Positions 47,243 through 57,253 of a stretch of DNA of 64,000 nt are shown here, piece by piece; the stretch's first letter is position 1, and each line of letters opens with the position of its first letter. The notes under the pieces are model-generated. The model worked only from the letters and a program-made list of their open reading frames with translations, was not told the origin of the DNA and searched no databases. Both the position numbers and the translations under genes were made by a program. Source of the stretch: Bdellovibrionales bacterium. Its GTDB lineage: Bacteria; Bdellovibrionota; Bdellovibrionia; Bdellovibrionales; Bdellovibrionaceae. The stretch spans positions 83,925-147,924 of the forward strand of contig JANMPT010000097.1 in NCBI GenBank assembly GCA_031370005.1. Direction: 5' to 3'.

Positions 47243-48778
47243 ATGTCACGAATTTTTCAAAACCTTGAGGTGCCGATTGATACGGATCTCGAAGAAAAAC
47301 TGCAATACCTTATGCCAGATCACGGGCCATACCGCATCCTTCGCCAAAGTGTTGATGCACGCAGATCCCACGATGTTCATTTTGTTTATACCGTTGAGGT
47401 CGCTGAAAAAAATGAAACCTTAAAAATTGATAATTTTAACATAGAAAAGTTAACTAAGTTTGCCACGGAAAAACCGATAATTGTGGGCTCAGGGCCTGCA
47501 GGACTTTTTACAGCACTTCGACTTGTCGAACGTGGCATTCCCTGTGTTCTTTTTGAACGTGGTTCTGAAAGCACTGATCGTATCAAAGGAATCAATCGCT
47601 ACTGGCGTTATGGTGAGCTAGATCCTCGCAACAATGTCTGCTATGGAGAGGGCGGTGCGGGCTTATATTCCGATGGAAAACTGATCACAAGAATTAAATC
47701 ACCCTATATTCCTTATGTCTTAAATCGACTTGTCCAGTTTGGTGCGCCTGCTGAAATTCAATGGATAGCAAATCCCCATGTGGGTTCGGATAAGATCCGT
47801 CGAGTAATTCCTAAACTGCGTGATTTTTTGCGCGCAAATGCTTGCGAAATTCACTTTAATACTCAGGTGAAAGAAATTCTTTTTGAGAACAAACAAACTG
47901 TAGGAATAAAAACTGAATATGGCACGGAGATTCGTTCTCCTTTTGTAGTTCTAGCTACTGGACACTCTGCGGAAGATATGCTGATTCATTTGGCAGAAAA
48001 AGAAGTCTTTATGGAGGGAAAATCCTTTGCCATCGGACTTCGTATTGAACATCCTCAAAGCTCCATTAATAAAATTCAATATCGTGATTTTTCTGAACAC
48101 CCTAAGCTGGGCTCAGCAAACTACAAACTTGCTGATCACGATCATAAAACAAACATAGGAGTTTATAGCTTTTGCATGTGCCCTGGTGGCTACGTACTTT
48201 CTAGCGGCACCGAAACCGATGGCATTGTTTGCAACGGCATGAGTAATTACAACCGCAATTCACCTTTTGCAAATGCTGCCATTGTTATAAGCGTAGATCA
48301 TGAAAAGAACTTTGGAAAAGATACCTTCGGTGGTCTTAAATTGCGCCGTCAATTAGAAACACAAGCCTATCATTCGGTACTGGCAGCGGGGGGAACTAAA
48401 GAAATTCCTGCTCAGAATCTAATGGACTTTATTCGCGGACGCATAGGAAAAGTAAATCCAGGATCGTGTCCCTCAGGAACCAAAGCCGTGCGTTTGGACG
48501 AATTGCTACCAAGCTTTATTCACAAACGACTTTTAGAAGGTTTTGAAAAATTTGAGCGCTCCATGAAGGGATTTATCACAGACGAATCCCAACTCTATGG
48601 CGTAGAATCCCGCACCAGTTGTCCCATTCGTATTACCCGTGATAGTGAAAGTCTTCAGAGCCTAAGTCATCAAGGGCTTTTTCCCGCAGGTGAAGGGGCT
48701 GGCTATGCCGGAGGAATCACTTCGGCAGCCTGTGATGGAGTACGCATTGCCGAAAAAATATTTGAACACTACCGCTGA
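47243..48778 (+). CDS. FAD-dependent oxidoreductase (uncharacterised family)
   Basis: GSGPAG, GEGGAGLYSDGKL, FCMCPGG and GEGAGYAGGITSAA motifs. Confidence 0.88.
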   Translation: MSRIFQNLEVPIDTDLEEKLQYLMPDHGPYRILRQSVDARRSHDVHFVYTVEVAEKNETLKIDNFNIEKLTKFATEKPIIVGSGPAGLFTALRLVERGIPCVLFERGSESTDRIKGINRYWRYGELDPRNNVCYGEGGAGLYSDGKLITRIKSPYIPYVLNRLVQFGAPAEIQWIANPHVGSDKIRRVIPKLRDFLRANACEIHFNTQVKEILFENKQTVGIKTEYGTEIRSPFVVLATGHSAEDMLIHLAEKEVFMEGKSFAIGLRIEHPQSSINKIQYRDFSEHPKLGSANYKLADHDHKTNIGVYSFCMCPGGYVLSSGTETDGIVCNGMSNYNRNSPFANAAIVISVDHEKNFGKDTFGGLKLRRQLETQAYHSVLAAGGTKEIPAQNLMDFIRGRIGKVNPGSCPSGTKAVRLDELLPSFIHKRLLEGFEKFERSMKGFITDESQLYGVESRTSCPIRITRDSESLQSLSHQGLFPAGEGAGYAGGITSAACDGVRIAEKIFEHYR

Positions 48779-48823
48779 CTCTAACCCCCCTCTTTCTGCG
48801 ATTTTTCAATATATTACCCTCTT

Positions 48824-49420
48824 CTAAAAGAAGGTGTAACCGGCTCCAAAACTATGACTCCAGCTTTCAAAGTGGGTCTTTTGATCATTTATGGTTTGGT
48901 TCACATTGAACCACTGAGTTTTGTATTGCAAAGACCACTTATTGCTAAGCTCATAACGTAGAAGTCCCGAGAAAATAAAACTACCATAGTTCACCATGTA
49001 CTCTGGATCCGCTTGGAAAAGCGTCACTTCAATGAGGCCAACACCAAGATAAATATTCAGAGCATGCTCGTTAAAGTCTTTGTTAAGGACACGAAAATAA
49101 GGGATAAAAGAAAAACTTGTTACATTCACACTCTTATTATTCAGTTGAAATTCGCCTGTATCGTGATCGACATTAAACTTCTGCCAATCAAATGACATCA
49201 AACCACCGGGTGTTATAAAATTTAATCCTAAAATATACGTCCCTACTGAATCTTGTGTTGTCAGATAACCAGTTTGCAAAGCAACGCCAGCCGCAAAACC
49301 AAACTCTGCCCGAGGATAAAGTCTTTCCTGGATTTCAATATATTCAGGAGTACTCGCTAAGGCCAAGTTGAGACCATCTAAAAAGAGAATATAAGTCAGA
49401 ATCCAAAAAAAATATCTCAT
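48824..49420 (-). CDS. Small outer-membrane beta-barrel protein
   Basis: Signal peptide, about 8 amphipathic strands, C-terminal FGAGYTFF. Confidence 0.65.
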   Translation of the reverse strand: MRYFFWILTYILFLDGLNLALASTPEYIEIQERLYPRAEFGFAAGVALQTGYLTTQDSVGTYILGLNFITPGGLMSFDWQKFNVDHDTGEFQLNNKSVNVTSFSFIPYFRVLNKDFNEHALNIYLGVGLIEVTLFQADPEYMVNYGSFIFSGLLRYELSNKWSLQYKTQWFNVNQTINDQKTHFESWSHSFGAGYTFF

Positions 49421-49442
49421 AATTTTCCTTTAAAATATTTAT

Positions 49443-52400
49443 TTACAAATTTCGGCGGTACTGCCCGCCTACTTCGTACAAAGCTTCTGTCATTTGAAAT
49501 AAGCTACAGTAGCGTGATGCTCTCATTAAAGCTTCAAAAACATTCTCACTTCTTAAAACAGCTGCCTTGAGGTTTTGCAATTCGTTTTTGGCATGTATAT
49601 GTTCTTTTTTTTGAAAATCACTGAGGTTATTCAATTGTTGATTTTTTTCTTCATAAGAAGCTCGTGCCAATTCAATTTTTGGCGGGATGTAATCTGACTG
49701 TATTGTCTTTGGATCAATAAATGTATTAACGCCAACAATAGGCAAACTGCCATCATGTTTTAATCTTTCATAATATAAAGATTCCTCTTGAATACGTGAG
49801 CGCTGGTATTGAGTTTCCATGGCTCCCAAAACTCCCCCACGCTCGTTGATGCGCTTGAACTCATTTAGGACTGCTTCTTCAAGTAAATCTGTAAGCTCCT
49901 CTAGAAAAAAACTTCCTTGATTAGGATTTTCATTTTTACTAACGCCGAATTCGCGGTTAATGATAAGTTGAATCGCCATCGCACGACGAACGGACTCCTC
50001 GGTCGGAGTTGTAATCGCCTCATCATAAGCATTTGTATGAAGACTATTGCAATTGTCATGAAGTGCAATCAGCGCCTGTAATGTGGTACGAATGTCATTG
50101 AAATCGATCTCTTGGGCATGCAGAGAGCGGCCAGATGTTTGAATATGGTATTTTAGTTTTTGCGAACGGTCATTGCCTTTGTAGAGATCACGTATAGCAA
50201 TTGCCCAAATTCGCCGAGCGACCCGACCAAGAACTGCATACTCAGGATCTAAACCATTGCTAAAAAAGAATGATAAATTTGGTGCAAAATCATCGAGTTT
50301 CAGACCTCGTGCCAAATAATACTCCACAAAAGTAAAGCCATTACTAAGTGTAAATGCCAACTGACTGATGGGATTCGCTCCAGCTTCTGCAATATGATAG
50401 CCTGAAATACTAACTGAGTAGAAGTTCTTCACATCTTTGCGAACAAAAAATTCTTGAATATCCCCCATCATTTTTAGTGCAAAGTTGATTGAGAAAATGC
50501 AAGTGTTTTGCCCCTGATCTTCTTTTAAAATATCTGCTTGAACTGTTCCACGTACCTGCTGCACAGTCCAATCGGCGACTTCCTGCCATTCACTTTCAGA
50601 TAGTTTACGACTAAGTTGCTTTTCTTTTTTTCCGACTTGTTGGTCAATGGCAGTATTAAAATAAAATGCCAAGATAATTGGTGCCGGACCATTGATAGTC
50701 ATACTCACACTCGTACTCGGTGAGCAGAGGTCATAACCCTCATAAAGTTTTTTCATATCGTCCAAAGTACAAATACTCACTCCGGACTCGCCAATTTTAC
50801 CGAAAATATCTGGACGCGGATCAGGATCTTGACCATACAATGTGACTGAGTCAAAAGCCGTGGAAAGGCGCGGAGCACTTTCACCCTTTGTAAGATAATG
50901 AAAACGACGATTGGTGCGCTCCGGAGTCCCCTCACCAGCGAACATACGTTTTGGGTCTTCATCGGCACGCTTTAGTGGAAAAACCCCCGCTGTAAATGGA
51001 AATTCACCTGGAACATTTTCTAATTTTAAATACGTAAAGCGATCACCCCAGTCTTTGAACTTTGGAAGGACAACCCGTCTAATCTTTGTACCGCTGAGAC
51101 TTTCAGTGGTTAGTTGCTGGCGTATTTCCTTATCACGAACTTTAAAAATCAACTCATCACCAGCGTATCTGTGCTGAAGCTCATCCCAATTTTTAAGACC
51201 ATAAAGCTCTTCGCTGGTAAACTCCTGCTCAAGGACTTTTATATTTTTATTAATATCCTCAGGTTTTGACTGTAGAAGACTAGCAACTTTAGGCAAGGAA
51301 CCCAAAATTGATGCCTTTTCTGAAAGTTTAACAGTACGCTCTTTATACTTATGAACGGTCGAAACAATTTCTGCCAAATAGTTCTGACGTTCTGGAGGGA
51401 TAATCGTGTGTTCCTCTGCTGAAAGAATATTGGATTTATATATTTCATCCATTTTCCAATTATTCTGAGCATACTTTTCATTTAGAAAATCAGTAAGCTT
51501 GAAAAAAAGCTTATTCACTCCTCCGTCATTAAATTGCGAGGCTTGAGTCAAATAAACAGGCACCATTGCTTTTTCGTCAAAATTTTTCCGAGAACGCTTA
51601 TATTGTTTGATTACATCGCGGAGAGCATCGAAAGCTCCACGACGATCGGCTTTATTGACAGCAATTAGATCTGCAAAATCAATCATGTCAATTTTTTCAA
51701 GTTGTGATTGAGCTCCAAAATCCGAGGTCATTACATACATGGAGAGATCACTGACTTCAGTAATTGCCATATTGCCCTGGCCGATCCCTGAGGTTTCAGC
51801 AATTATTAAATCAAAATTAAAATTCTTAAGATATTTCAAAATAGCAGGCAAACTTGAAGCTATCTCGCGCCCTGACCCACGAGAGGCCACCGAACGCATA
51901 TAAACGCGATGTCGACTGAGAGAGTTCATACGGATACGATCTCCAAGCAATGACCCACCTGTTTTTCGCTTGGAAGGATCCACACAGACAATCCCAATGT
52001 TTTTATGTGGATATGCATTCAAAAATCTTTGCACTATTTCGTCAATTAAGCTGGACTTCCCAGCGCCTCCAGTGCCAGTAATGCCTAAAACTGGAGGAAA
52101 ATTGCCTTTTTCTGCCCTGAAATTATCAAGTGCGCAGCCTTTAGCTAATTTATTCACAGCTTCTTCAGCCGTGGCGTTTTCAATAAACGTCAAAGCCCGA
52201 CCCAAATCAAAAGAAGGAATGCTATCTTTAACAAATGGGTTCTCAACTTTGTGCACAATCGCTTTCACTTCTGCTTCAGCAACATCGAAGTCACATTCCT
52301 TGATAATCATTTGAATCATCCCCTCAAGGCCAAGTCTGCGACCATCGTCGGGGTGAAATATCTGATTAATCCCATAGGCTTCAAGCTCACGTTTTTCGTC

Positions 52401-52709
52401 GTGAACGATCACCCCGCCGCCGCCACCGTAAATTTTTACGTAGCTAGCTCCATTCATATCCAAAAGGTCCTTCATATATTTGAAGTATTCCATATGTCCG
52501 CCCTGATACGAGCTAATACAGACACCTTGAGCACCTTCTTGAAGAACTGCTTTAACAACATCGCTGACAGAGCGATTGTGGCCCAAATGAATAACCTCTG
52601 CCCCTTGCTCCTGCAAAATTCTGCGCATGACGTTGATAGCAGCATCGTGACCATCAAAAAGAGCGGCAGCTGTGACAATACGAATATGATTTTTTGGACT
52701 ATAAGCCAT
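49443..52709 (-). CDS. icmF: Fused isobutyryl-CoA mutase / GTPase chaperone IcmF
   Basis: N-terminal B12-binding DGHDAAIN, MeaB-type GTGGAGKSS, C-terminal mutase domain (HIQTSGRSLH, SLHTNAYDEA). Confidence 0.93.
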   Translation of the reverse strand: MAYSPKNHIRIVTAAALFDGHDAAINVMRRILQEQGAEVIHLGHNRSVSDVVKAVLQEGAQGVCISSYQGGHMEYFKYMKDLLDMNGASYVKIYGGGGGVIVHDEKRELEAYGINQIFHPDDGRRLGLEGMIQMIIKECDFDVAEAEVKAIVHKVENPFVKDSIPSFDLGRALTFIENATAEEAVNKLAKGCALDNFRAEKGNFPPVLGITGTGGAGKSSLIDEIVQRFLNAYPHKNIGIVCVDPSKRKTGGSLLGDRIRMNSLSRHRVYMRSVASRGSGREIASSLPAILKYLKNFNFDLIIAETSGIGQGNMAITEVSDLSMYVMTSDFGAQSQLEKIDMIDFADLIAVNKADRRGAFDALRDVIKQYKRSRKNFDEKAMVPVYLTQASQFNDGGVNKLFFKLTDFLNEKYAQNNWKMDEIYKSNILSAEEHTIIPPERQNYLAEIVSTVHKYKERTVKLSEKASILGSLPKVASLLQSKPEDINKNIKVLEQEFTSEELYGLKNWDELQHRYAGDELIFKVRDKEIRQQLTTESLSGTKIRRVVLPKFKDWGDRFTYLKLENVPGEFPFTAGVFPLKRADEDPKRMFAGEGTPERTNRRFHYLTKGESAPRLSTAFDSVTLYGQDPDPRPDIFGKIGESGVSICTLDDMKKLYEGYDLCSPSTSVSMTINGPAPIILAFYFNTAIDQQVGKKEKQLSRKLSESEWQEVADWTVQQVRGTVQADILKEDQGQNTCIFSINFALKMMGDIQEFFVRKDVKNFYSVSISGYHIAEAGANPISQLAFTLSNGFTFVEYYLARGLKLDDFAPNLSFFFSNGLDPEYAVLGRVARRIWAIAIRDLYKGNDRSQKLKYHIQTSGRSLHAQEIDFNDIRTTLQALIALHDNCNSLHTNAYDEAITTPTEESVRRAMAIQLIINREFGVSKNENPNQGSFFLEELTDLLEEAVLNEFKRINERGGVLGAMETQYQRSRIQEESLYYERLKHDGSLPIVGVNTFIDPKTIQSDYIPPKIELARASYEEKNQQLNNLSDFQKKEHIHAKNELQNLKAAVLRSENVFEALMRASRYCSLFQMTEALYEVGGQYRRNL

Positions 52710-52714
52710 AAATA

Positions 52715-53515
52715 CTACTGCCCTTTGAATACAGGTTTTCTTTTCTCAATAAAAGCATGTGTTCCTTCGCGAACATCTTCGGTTGTAAATAAATTTGCGA
52801 AGTGCTGAGCCTCATTTTTTTGAGCCTCATCAATATTGAGTTCATAAGATTCATTGATAGATCTCTTTGCAGCTGCAACTGCAATTGGACCGCGATTTAA
52901 AATTGTGACCACTGTCTTCATTACTGCTGTCATAAGTTCGCCCTGAGGCACAAGCTTGCTTACCAAACCTAATGCCAAGGCTTCAGAGGCTGAAATCATA
53001 TCCCCAGTATAAGTCATTTCACGAGCTTTGCGAATTCCAACCGCACGAGCCAATCGTACAGTTCCTCCAAACCCTGGAATCAAACCAAGGCCAACTTCTG
53101 GCAAGCCAAATTTTGCATTCTCAGAGGCATAAATGAAGTCACAACCCAGCGCTAACTCCAAACCGCCGCCCAATGCAAAACCATTTACCGCTGCAATGAC
53201 CGGAATTTTTAATAAATTCAGCTCATGAAAAATAGACTGACCACGTTGAGAAAAAGCCATTGCCTGACTTTCATTTAGTTCCGAGATTTCTTTAATATCC
53301 GCGCCCGCCACAAAAGCTTTTTCACCACTGCCAGTAATCACTAAAGCACGAGTGTTTTCGTAGCTCATTTCACCAATTTGGCGGAGCGCATCGGCCATAT
53401 CATTTAAAACTTGGGCATTAAGTGCATTCATCGCCTCTGGACGCTGAATAGTTAATACCCATACACCATTATCCTTAAGCTCTAGGTTAATTGCCTTATA
53501 TGAAAATTGAGACAT
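52715..53515 (-). CDS. crt: Enoyl-CoA hydratase (crotonase)
   Basis: AFVAGADI, ALGGGLELALGCD and PEVGLGLIPGFGG motifs. Confidence 0.9.
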   Translation of the reverse strand: MSQFSYKAINLELKDNGVWVLTIQRPEAMNALNAQVLNDMADALRQIGEMSYENTRALVITGSGEKAFVAGADIKEISELNESQAMAFSQRGQSIFHELNLLKIPVIAAVNGFALGGGLELALGCDFIYASENAKFGLPEVGLGLIPGFGGTVRLARAVGIRKAREMTYTGDMISASEALALGLVSKLVPQGELMTAVMKTVVTILNRGPIAVAAAKRSINESYELNIDEAQKNEAQHFANLFTTEDVREGTHAFIEKRKPVFKGQ

Positions 53516-53526
53516 AATTTAAATCC

Positions 53527-54393
53527 TTATTTAGAATACTCATAAAATCCGCGTCCCGACTTGCGACCGAGCCAACCAGCTTCAACGTACTTTACAAGAA
53601 GTGGGCAGGGTCGATATTTAGAATCCCCAAGACCATCAAAAAGTACATTCATGATTGCAAGACATGTATCGAGACCAATGAAATCTGCTAAAGTCAGAGG
53701 TCCCATGGGTTGATTGGTCCCCAGCTTCATCGCACTATCAATGGCTTCGACGTTTGCTATGCCCTCATGAAGTACATATACAGCCTCATTGATCATCGGC
53801 ATCAAAATACGATTCACGATAAAGCCCGGCATGTCCTTTACAGATTCAACAAAAACTTTTTCCATTTTTTCAGACAGGCTTTTTACTGCTTTGAATGTCT
53901 CATCAGAAGTTTGCAAACCCTTAATTCCCTCAACCAACTTCATTAGCGGGACTGGGTTCATAAAGTGCATACCGGCAACCTGTGTCGGACGCTTGGTTGT
54001 AGCCGCTATTTTTGTAATCGAAATGGAGGACGTATTAGACACCAAAATTGCTTTTGGCTTAGCAAGTTCATCAAGTTGTTTAAAAATTTTAAGTTTTAGA
54101 TCAACATTCTCGCTTGCTGCTTCGATGATTAAGTCACAATTTTTGAGCTCCGCCATTTCTTGTGAAATTTTTATTCTGCCAAGAAGTTCAAATTTTTGGG
54201 ATTCACTTATTGTCGTTTTTTTAATTAAACGATCGCAAGATCCAGAAATAGTCGCCATGCCTTTTTCAAGAGCCGTTGAGGTCACATCCACCATAACCAC
54301 TTGAAAACCGAACTGTGCTGCGACTTGAGCAATACCATTGCCCATTTGACCGGCCCCAACAATACCAATAATATGCATGTCCTGAATATTCAT
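53527..54393 (-). CDS. hbd: 3-hydroxybutyryl-CoA dehydrogenase
   Basis: [27 protein letters not shown] and PMGP motifs; start ATG 54393. Confidence 0.92.
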   Translation of the reverse strand: MNIQDMHIIGIVGAGQMGNGIAQVAAQFGFQVVMVDVTSTALEKGMATISGSCDRLIKKTTISESQKFELLGRIKISQEMAELKNCDLIIEAASENVDLKLKIFKQLDELAKPKAILVSNTSSISITKIAATTKRPTQVAGMHFMNPVPLMKLVEGIKGLQTSDETFKAVKSLSEKMEKVFVESVKDMPGFIVNRILMPMINEAVYVLHEGIANVEAIDSAMKLGTNQPMGPLTLADFIGLDTCLAIMNVLFDGLGDSKYRPCPLLVKYVEAGWLGRKSGRGFYEYSK

Positions 54394-54580
54394 AAGAACT
54401 CCTTCTAAATCAAACTTTATACGGGCCAAGGGTCTTGGTCAAAAACTCTCAGGGGCGTCAAAATCAAAAACTGCATCTTTTATCCTGGTTTTGAACACGA
54501 ATTTCGTCTAGGAGTAACTTGAAACTTGATAGCCAAAATAATCTATGATGTTCTAAGCTTAGCTTTGCGAAGGACAACAT

Positions 54581-55105
54581 ATGAAATCACTAGTTTTTAC
54601 TCTTGTATTTCTTTTTTCAGGCCTCAGTTTGGCAGCAAATTACTCTTTTAAAGAGTCCCACTTTTCGGTAGCCGGCCTTTTCAAAAAAACCAGCCCAGAA
54701 CAAGCTCCAGTTCCTGCTTTTAACTTCACCGGCAGTGCCCTTGTATCCGAAGATAGTGATGACCCAAGACTCACGAAAGCTCAAATCACGATCCGCAGGA
54801 CCACGTACGACTGCGATGATGTCGTCAATGGTTACCAACAGAGTCAATATTCTTGTGTACTTTCTAGCGCCAAACTTTTCCAAATTCTCGATGAAGTAGC
54901 AACCCGCCAAGCTCAATACGATGCCTCTATTGAAGTTTTAAGAAAATACTTTAACAACCCCTCGTACAGCGAAAACTACACTATTCCCATAGGTTCCGAC
55001 AACCAACCCACTGATGAGCAAATCACCTCTGATTTTGAGGACCCAACTGGATCCAACGCGACTGTTCAGACCACAATTATAAATTCCGGACTAACCCCTC
55101 TTTAG
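54581..55105 (+). CDS. Secreted hypothetical protein
   Basis: Signal peptide (SLA/A), AAGGA RBS, two Cys. Confidence 0.6.
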   Translation: MKSLVFTLVFLFSGLSLAANYSFKESHFSVAGLFKKTSPEQAPVPAFNFTGSALVSEDSDDPRLTKAQITIRRTTYDCDDVVNGYQQSQYSCVLSSAKLFQILDEVATRQAQYDASIEVLRKYFNNPSYSENYTIPIGSDNQPTDEQITSDFEDPTGSNATVQTTIINSGLTPL

Positions 55106-55184
55106 CCCGACCAAGAGAGAGCTCACAGCTTAGCTGCAAACCTGGTCTTGGAGTCGTAGTAAATTCTTGAGACAATAATAGCTC

Positions 55185-56531
55185 GTGAGGAATACTATTT
55201 TACCTATTATTTTTAGTCTTGTGTCCTCATATTGCTTTGCTACAGAAGCTCCGGTTATTTCATTTTATCGCAATCAACAAAGTCTTTTCCCATCGGGCCA
55301 AGCTAGCCGTGAAGATCTCGAAGCCAAAGTTCTTCGACATGACTATGAACCATGGCTACACGTGAACTGGGATAAAAAAAATTATGAGATACCTGGAGAA
55401 GCGGTGATTCGCGATGTCCAGGTCACTAGAAATTTGATAACTAAAAAAAATATCGAACTTTTAAAAGAGCCCCAAGAAGAATCAAAGACTGTTCTATCAG
55501 TAAATGCAAGTACTACACTTCAAGTCATTCAAACCAATAGCTACTGGGTTGAACTTCAAGATAAGAAAACAAAGCTCAAAGGCTGGGCACCATTGCACTT
55601 ACTCAGTGCACCCATGGAAGACCGGGGAGTGTTTGTCACTTTGATTGATGCTTTCCTTAAAAAAACACCGCAGAACTCTTCTGAGATTATTACTACTGTT
55701 CCTCGCCTACAACGCTTAACATCTCTAGGAATTGTAAAAAATTATCTGAAAGTTTCCTATCAGGGACACATTGGCTATCTTGATCTTGCAAATCTGGTAG
55801 GACGTGGTGATTTCGCCATGTGGGCTTACCATCGGCACAAAGGATGGGTAGGAATTTCTCATCGTGAAAACGGTTTTCTTTTCACTGTTGATAATCAAAA
55901 AATTTCTTTGCAAGACTTTGCCGCCTTTAACCCATACTCGCATCGCGGTGTGATTTGTCAAAAACTGACCGACACTGCCCCTTCTATTCGCTCCCGAGTT
56001 GAAATTTTGAATAACAAAGCCCATCGCTGGGCTATGAGCGTCCTTGAAGGACATGGCCCCGTCTGGTGGCGTATAGACAATCCGGACAATGTTAATGCGA
56101 CAGATTCAGAAAATCAAATCACTAGCGAGCAACTTTTAAAACGTGAAGTTAGCGCTGTGGCCTTTGCTGCGAAATCCATGAAGGGCCTGGTCTCTGCCAA
56201 TGGTATCTTTCGCACAGAAGACGGAAAAACGTGGAAAGAAATCCCGCTTTTTAAAGGAAAAAATTTTCCTGTTGCTATTCATCCTGATGGGATTTGGTAT
56301 GTTGGAAGTTACTGCAGCTTTGATGAGGGGGAAAATTTTGAGACTTATATCAAATGGGATAACTTAGCAGAACAAATTCAGAAAAGCCTTCATAAGACTC
56401 CCCATCACTTAAGAATTACACAGATTGAACCTTTATCAAAATCACGTATTCGTATTCTTGTCGACACCGGTGTTCAAAAAATAAAAATGCAGGCCCACGC
56501 TCTTAGTCACGAGTGGATGATAGTAAAATAA
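55185..56531 (+). CDS. Secreted protein with SH3b-like repeats and a BNR-like motif
   Basis: Signal peptide; YWVEL...KGWAP and YLKVSYQGHIGYL SH3b-like segments; GIFRTEDGKTW Asp-box. Confidence 0.6.
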   Translation: MRNTILPIIFSLVSSYCFATEAPVISFYRNQQSLFPSGQASREDLEAKVLRHDYEPWLHVNWDKKNYEIPGEAVIRDVQVTRNLITKKNIELLKEPQEESKTVLSVNASTTLQVIQTNSYWVELQDKKTKLKGWAPLHLLSAPMEDRGVFVTLIDAFLKKTPQNSSEIITTVPRLQRLTSLGIVKNYLKVSYQGHIGYLDLANLVGRGDFAMWAYHRHKGWVGISHRENGFLFTVDNQKISLQDFAAFNPYSHRGVICQKLTDTAPSIRSRVEILNNKAHRWAMSVLEGHGPVWWRIDNPDNVNATDSENQITSEQLLKREVSAVAFAAKSMKGLVSANGIFRTEDGKTWKEIPLFKGKNFPVAIHPDGIWYVGSYCSFDEGENFETYIKWDNLAEQIQKSLHKTPHHLRITQIEPLSKSRIRILVDTGVQKIKMQAHALSHEWMIVK

Positions 56532-57253
56532 GGTTCCATTTCCCTGCGTACTTTTTCCTGAAGTATTGGGCGATCTTTGATCTCATATCCCTCGGTTGTT
56601 ACGGGTTCAAGAATGTCAATGGTGATTTCACGAGTCCATACGTCGCGATTTGGTATCCAAGAACCCTTTGGTAAAATACCAGCAGCTCCCCGGATCACCA
56701 CTGGAACCAGTGGTGCTTTTGCATTTATAGCGAAAACAAAGGGCCCTGCTTTAAAGGCCCCAAGCTTCTCTTCTTCTTGACGACTTCCCTCTGGAGCCAG
56801 GGCAAAGCGCTCTCCACGATGGATTCTCTCTTGAGCAGCTTTATAGACCCTGAACACTTCATCGCGTTTTTGCCGAGCAATGGGCAAGGCTCCAAGGCGT
56901 CTCATTGCCAAACCAAAAATTGGAATCTTAAAAAGTTCAATTTTTGCACCGAAACGAAAACCATTCAATGCCCCTTGCATGGCAAATATATCAAAAAAAC
57001 TTGTGTGATTAAAAAGAAAAATACAACCGCCAAGAGGAATGTTTTTTATTCCATTAACTTTTACTTTCACTCCAAACATCCAGCAGGAAACCTGCCCCCA
57101 CGATTGCACGACTCTGTCATCCCTTTTTTTATTATTAAAAAGAAGATTCACAGTCATCACCAAAATAGAGAAAAAGATCAAAACAAATGGGTAAGCCAAT
57201 GTCATAATAATACTACGAAACAATGCCGCCAATCTCATACTCGACTTTCTCAC
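56507..57253 (-). CDS. plsC: 1-acyl-sn-glycerol-3-phosphate acyltransferase
   Basis: NHTSFFD, AKIELF, PEGSR and FKAG motifs. Confidence 0.88.
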   Translation of the reverse strand: MRKSSMRLAALFRSIIMTLAYPFVLIFFSILVMTVNLLFNNKKRDDRVVQSWGQVSCWMFGVKVKVNGIKNIPLGGCIFLFNHTSFFDIFAMQGALNGFRFGAKIELFKIPIFGLAMRRLGALPIARQKRDEVFRVYKAAQERIHRGERFALAPEGSRQEEEKLGAFKAGPFVFAINAKAPLVPVVIRGAAGILPKGSWIPNRDVWTREITIDILEPVTTEGYEIKDRPILQEKVRREMEPYFTIIHS

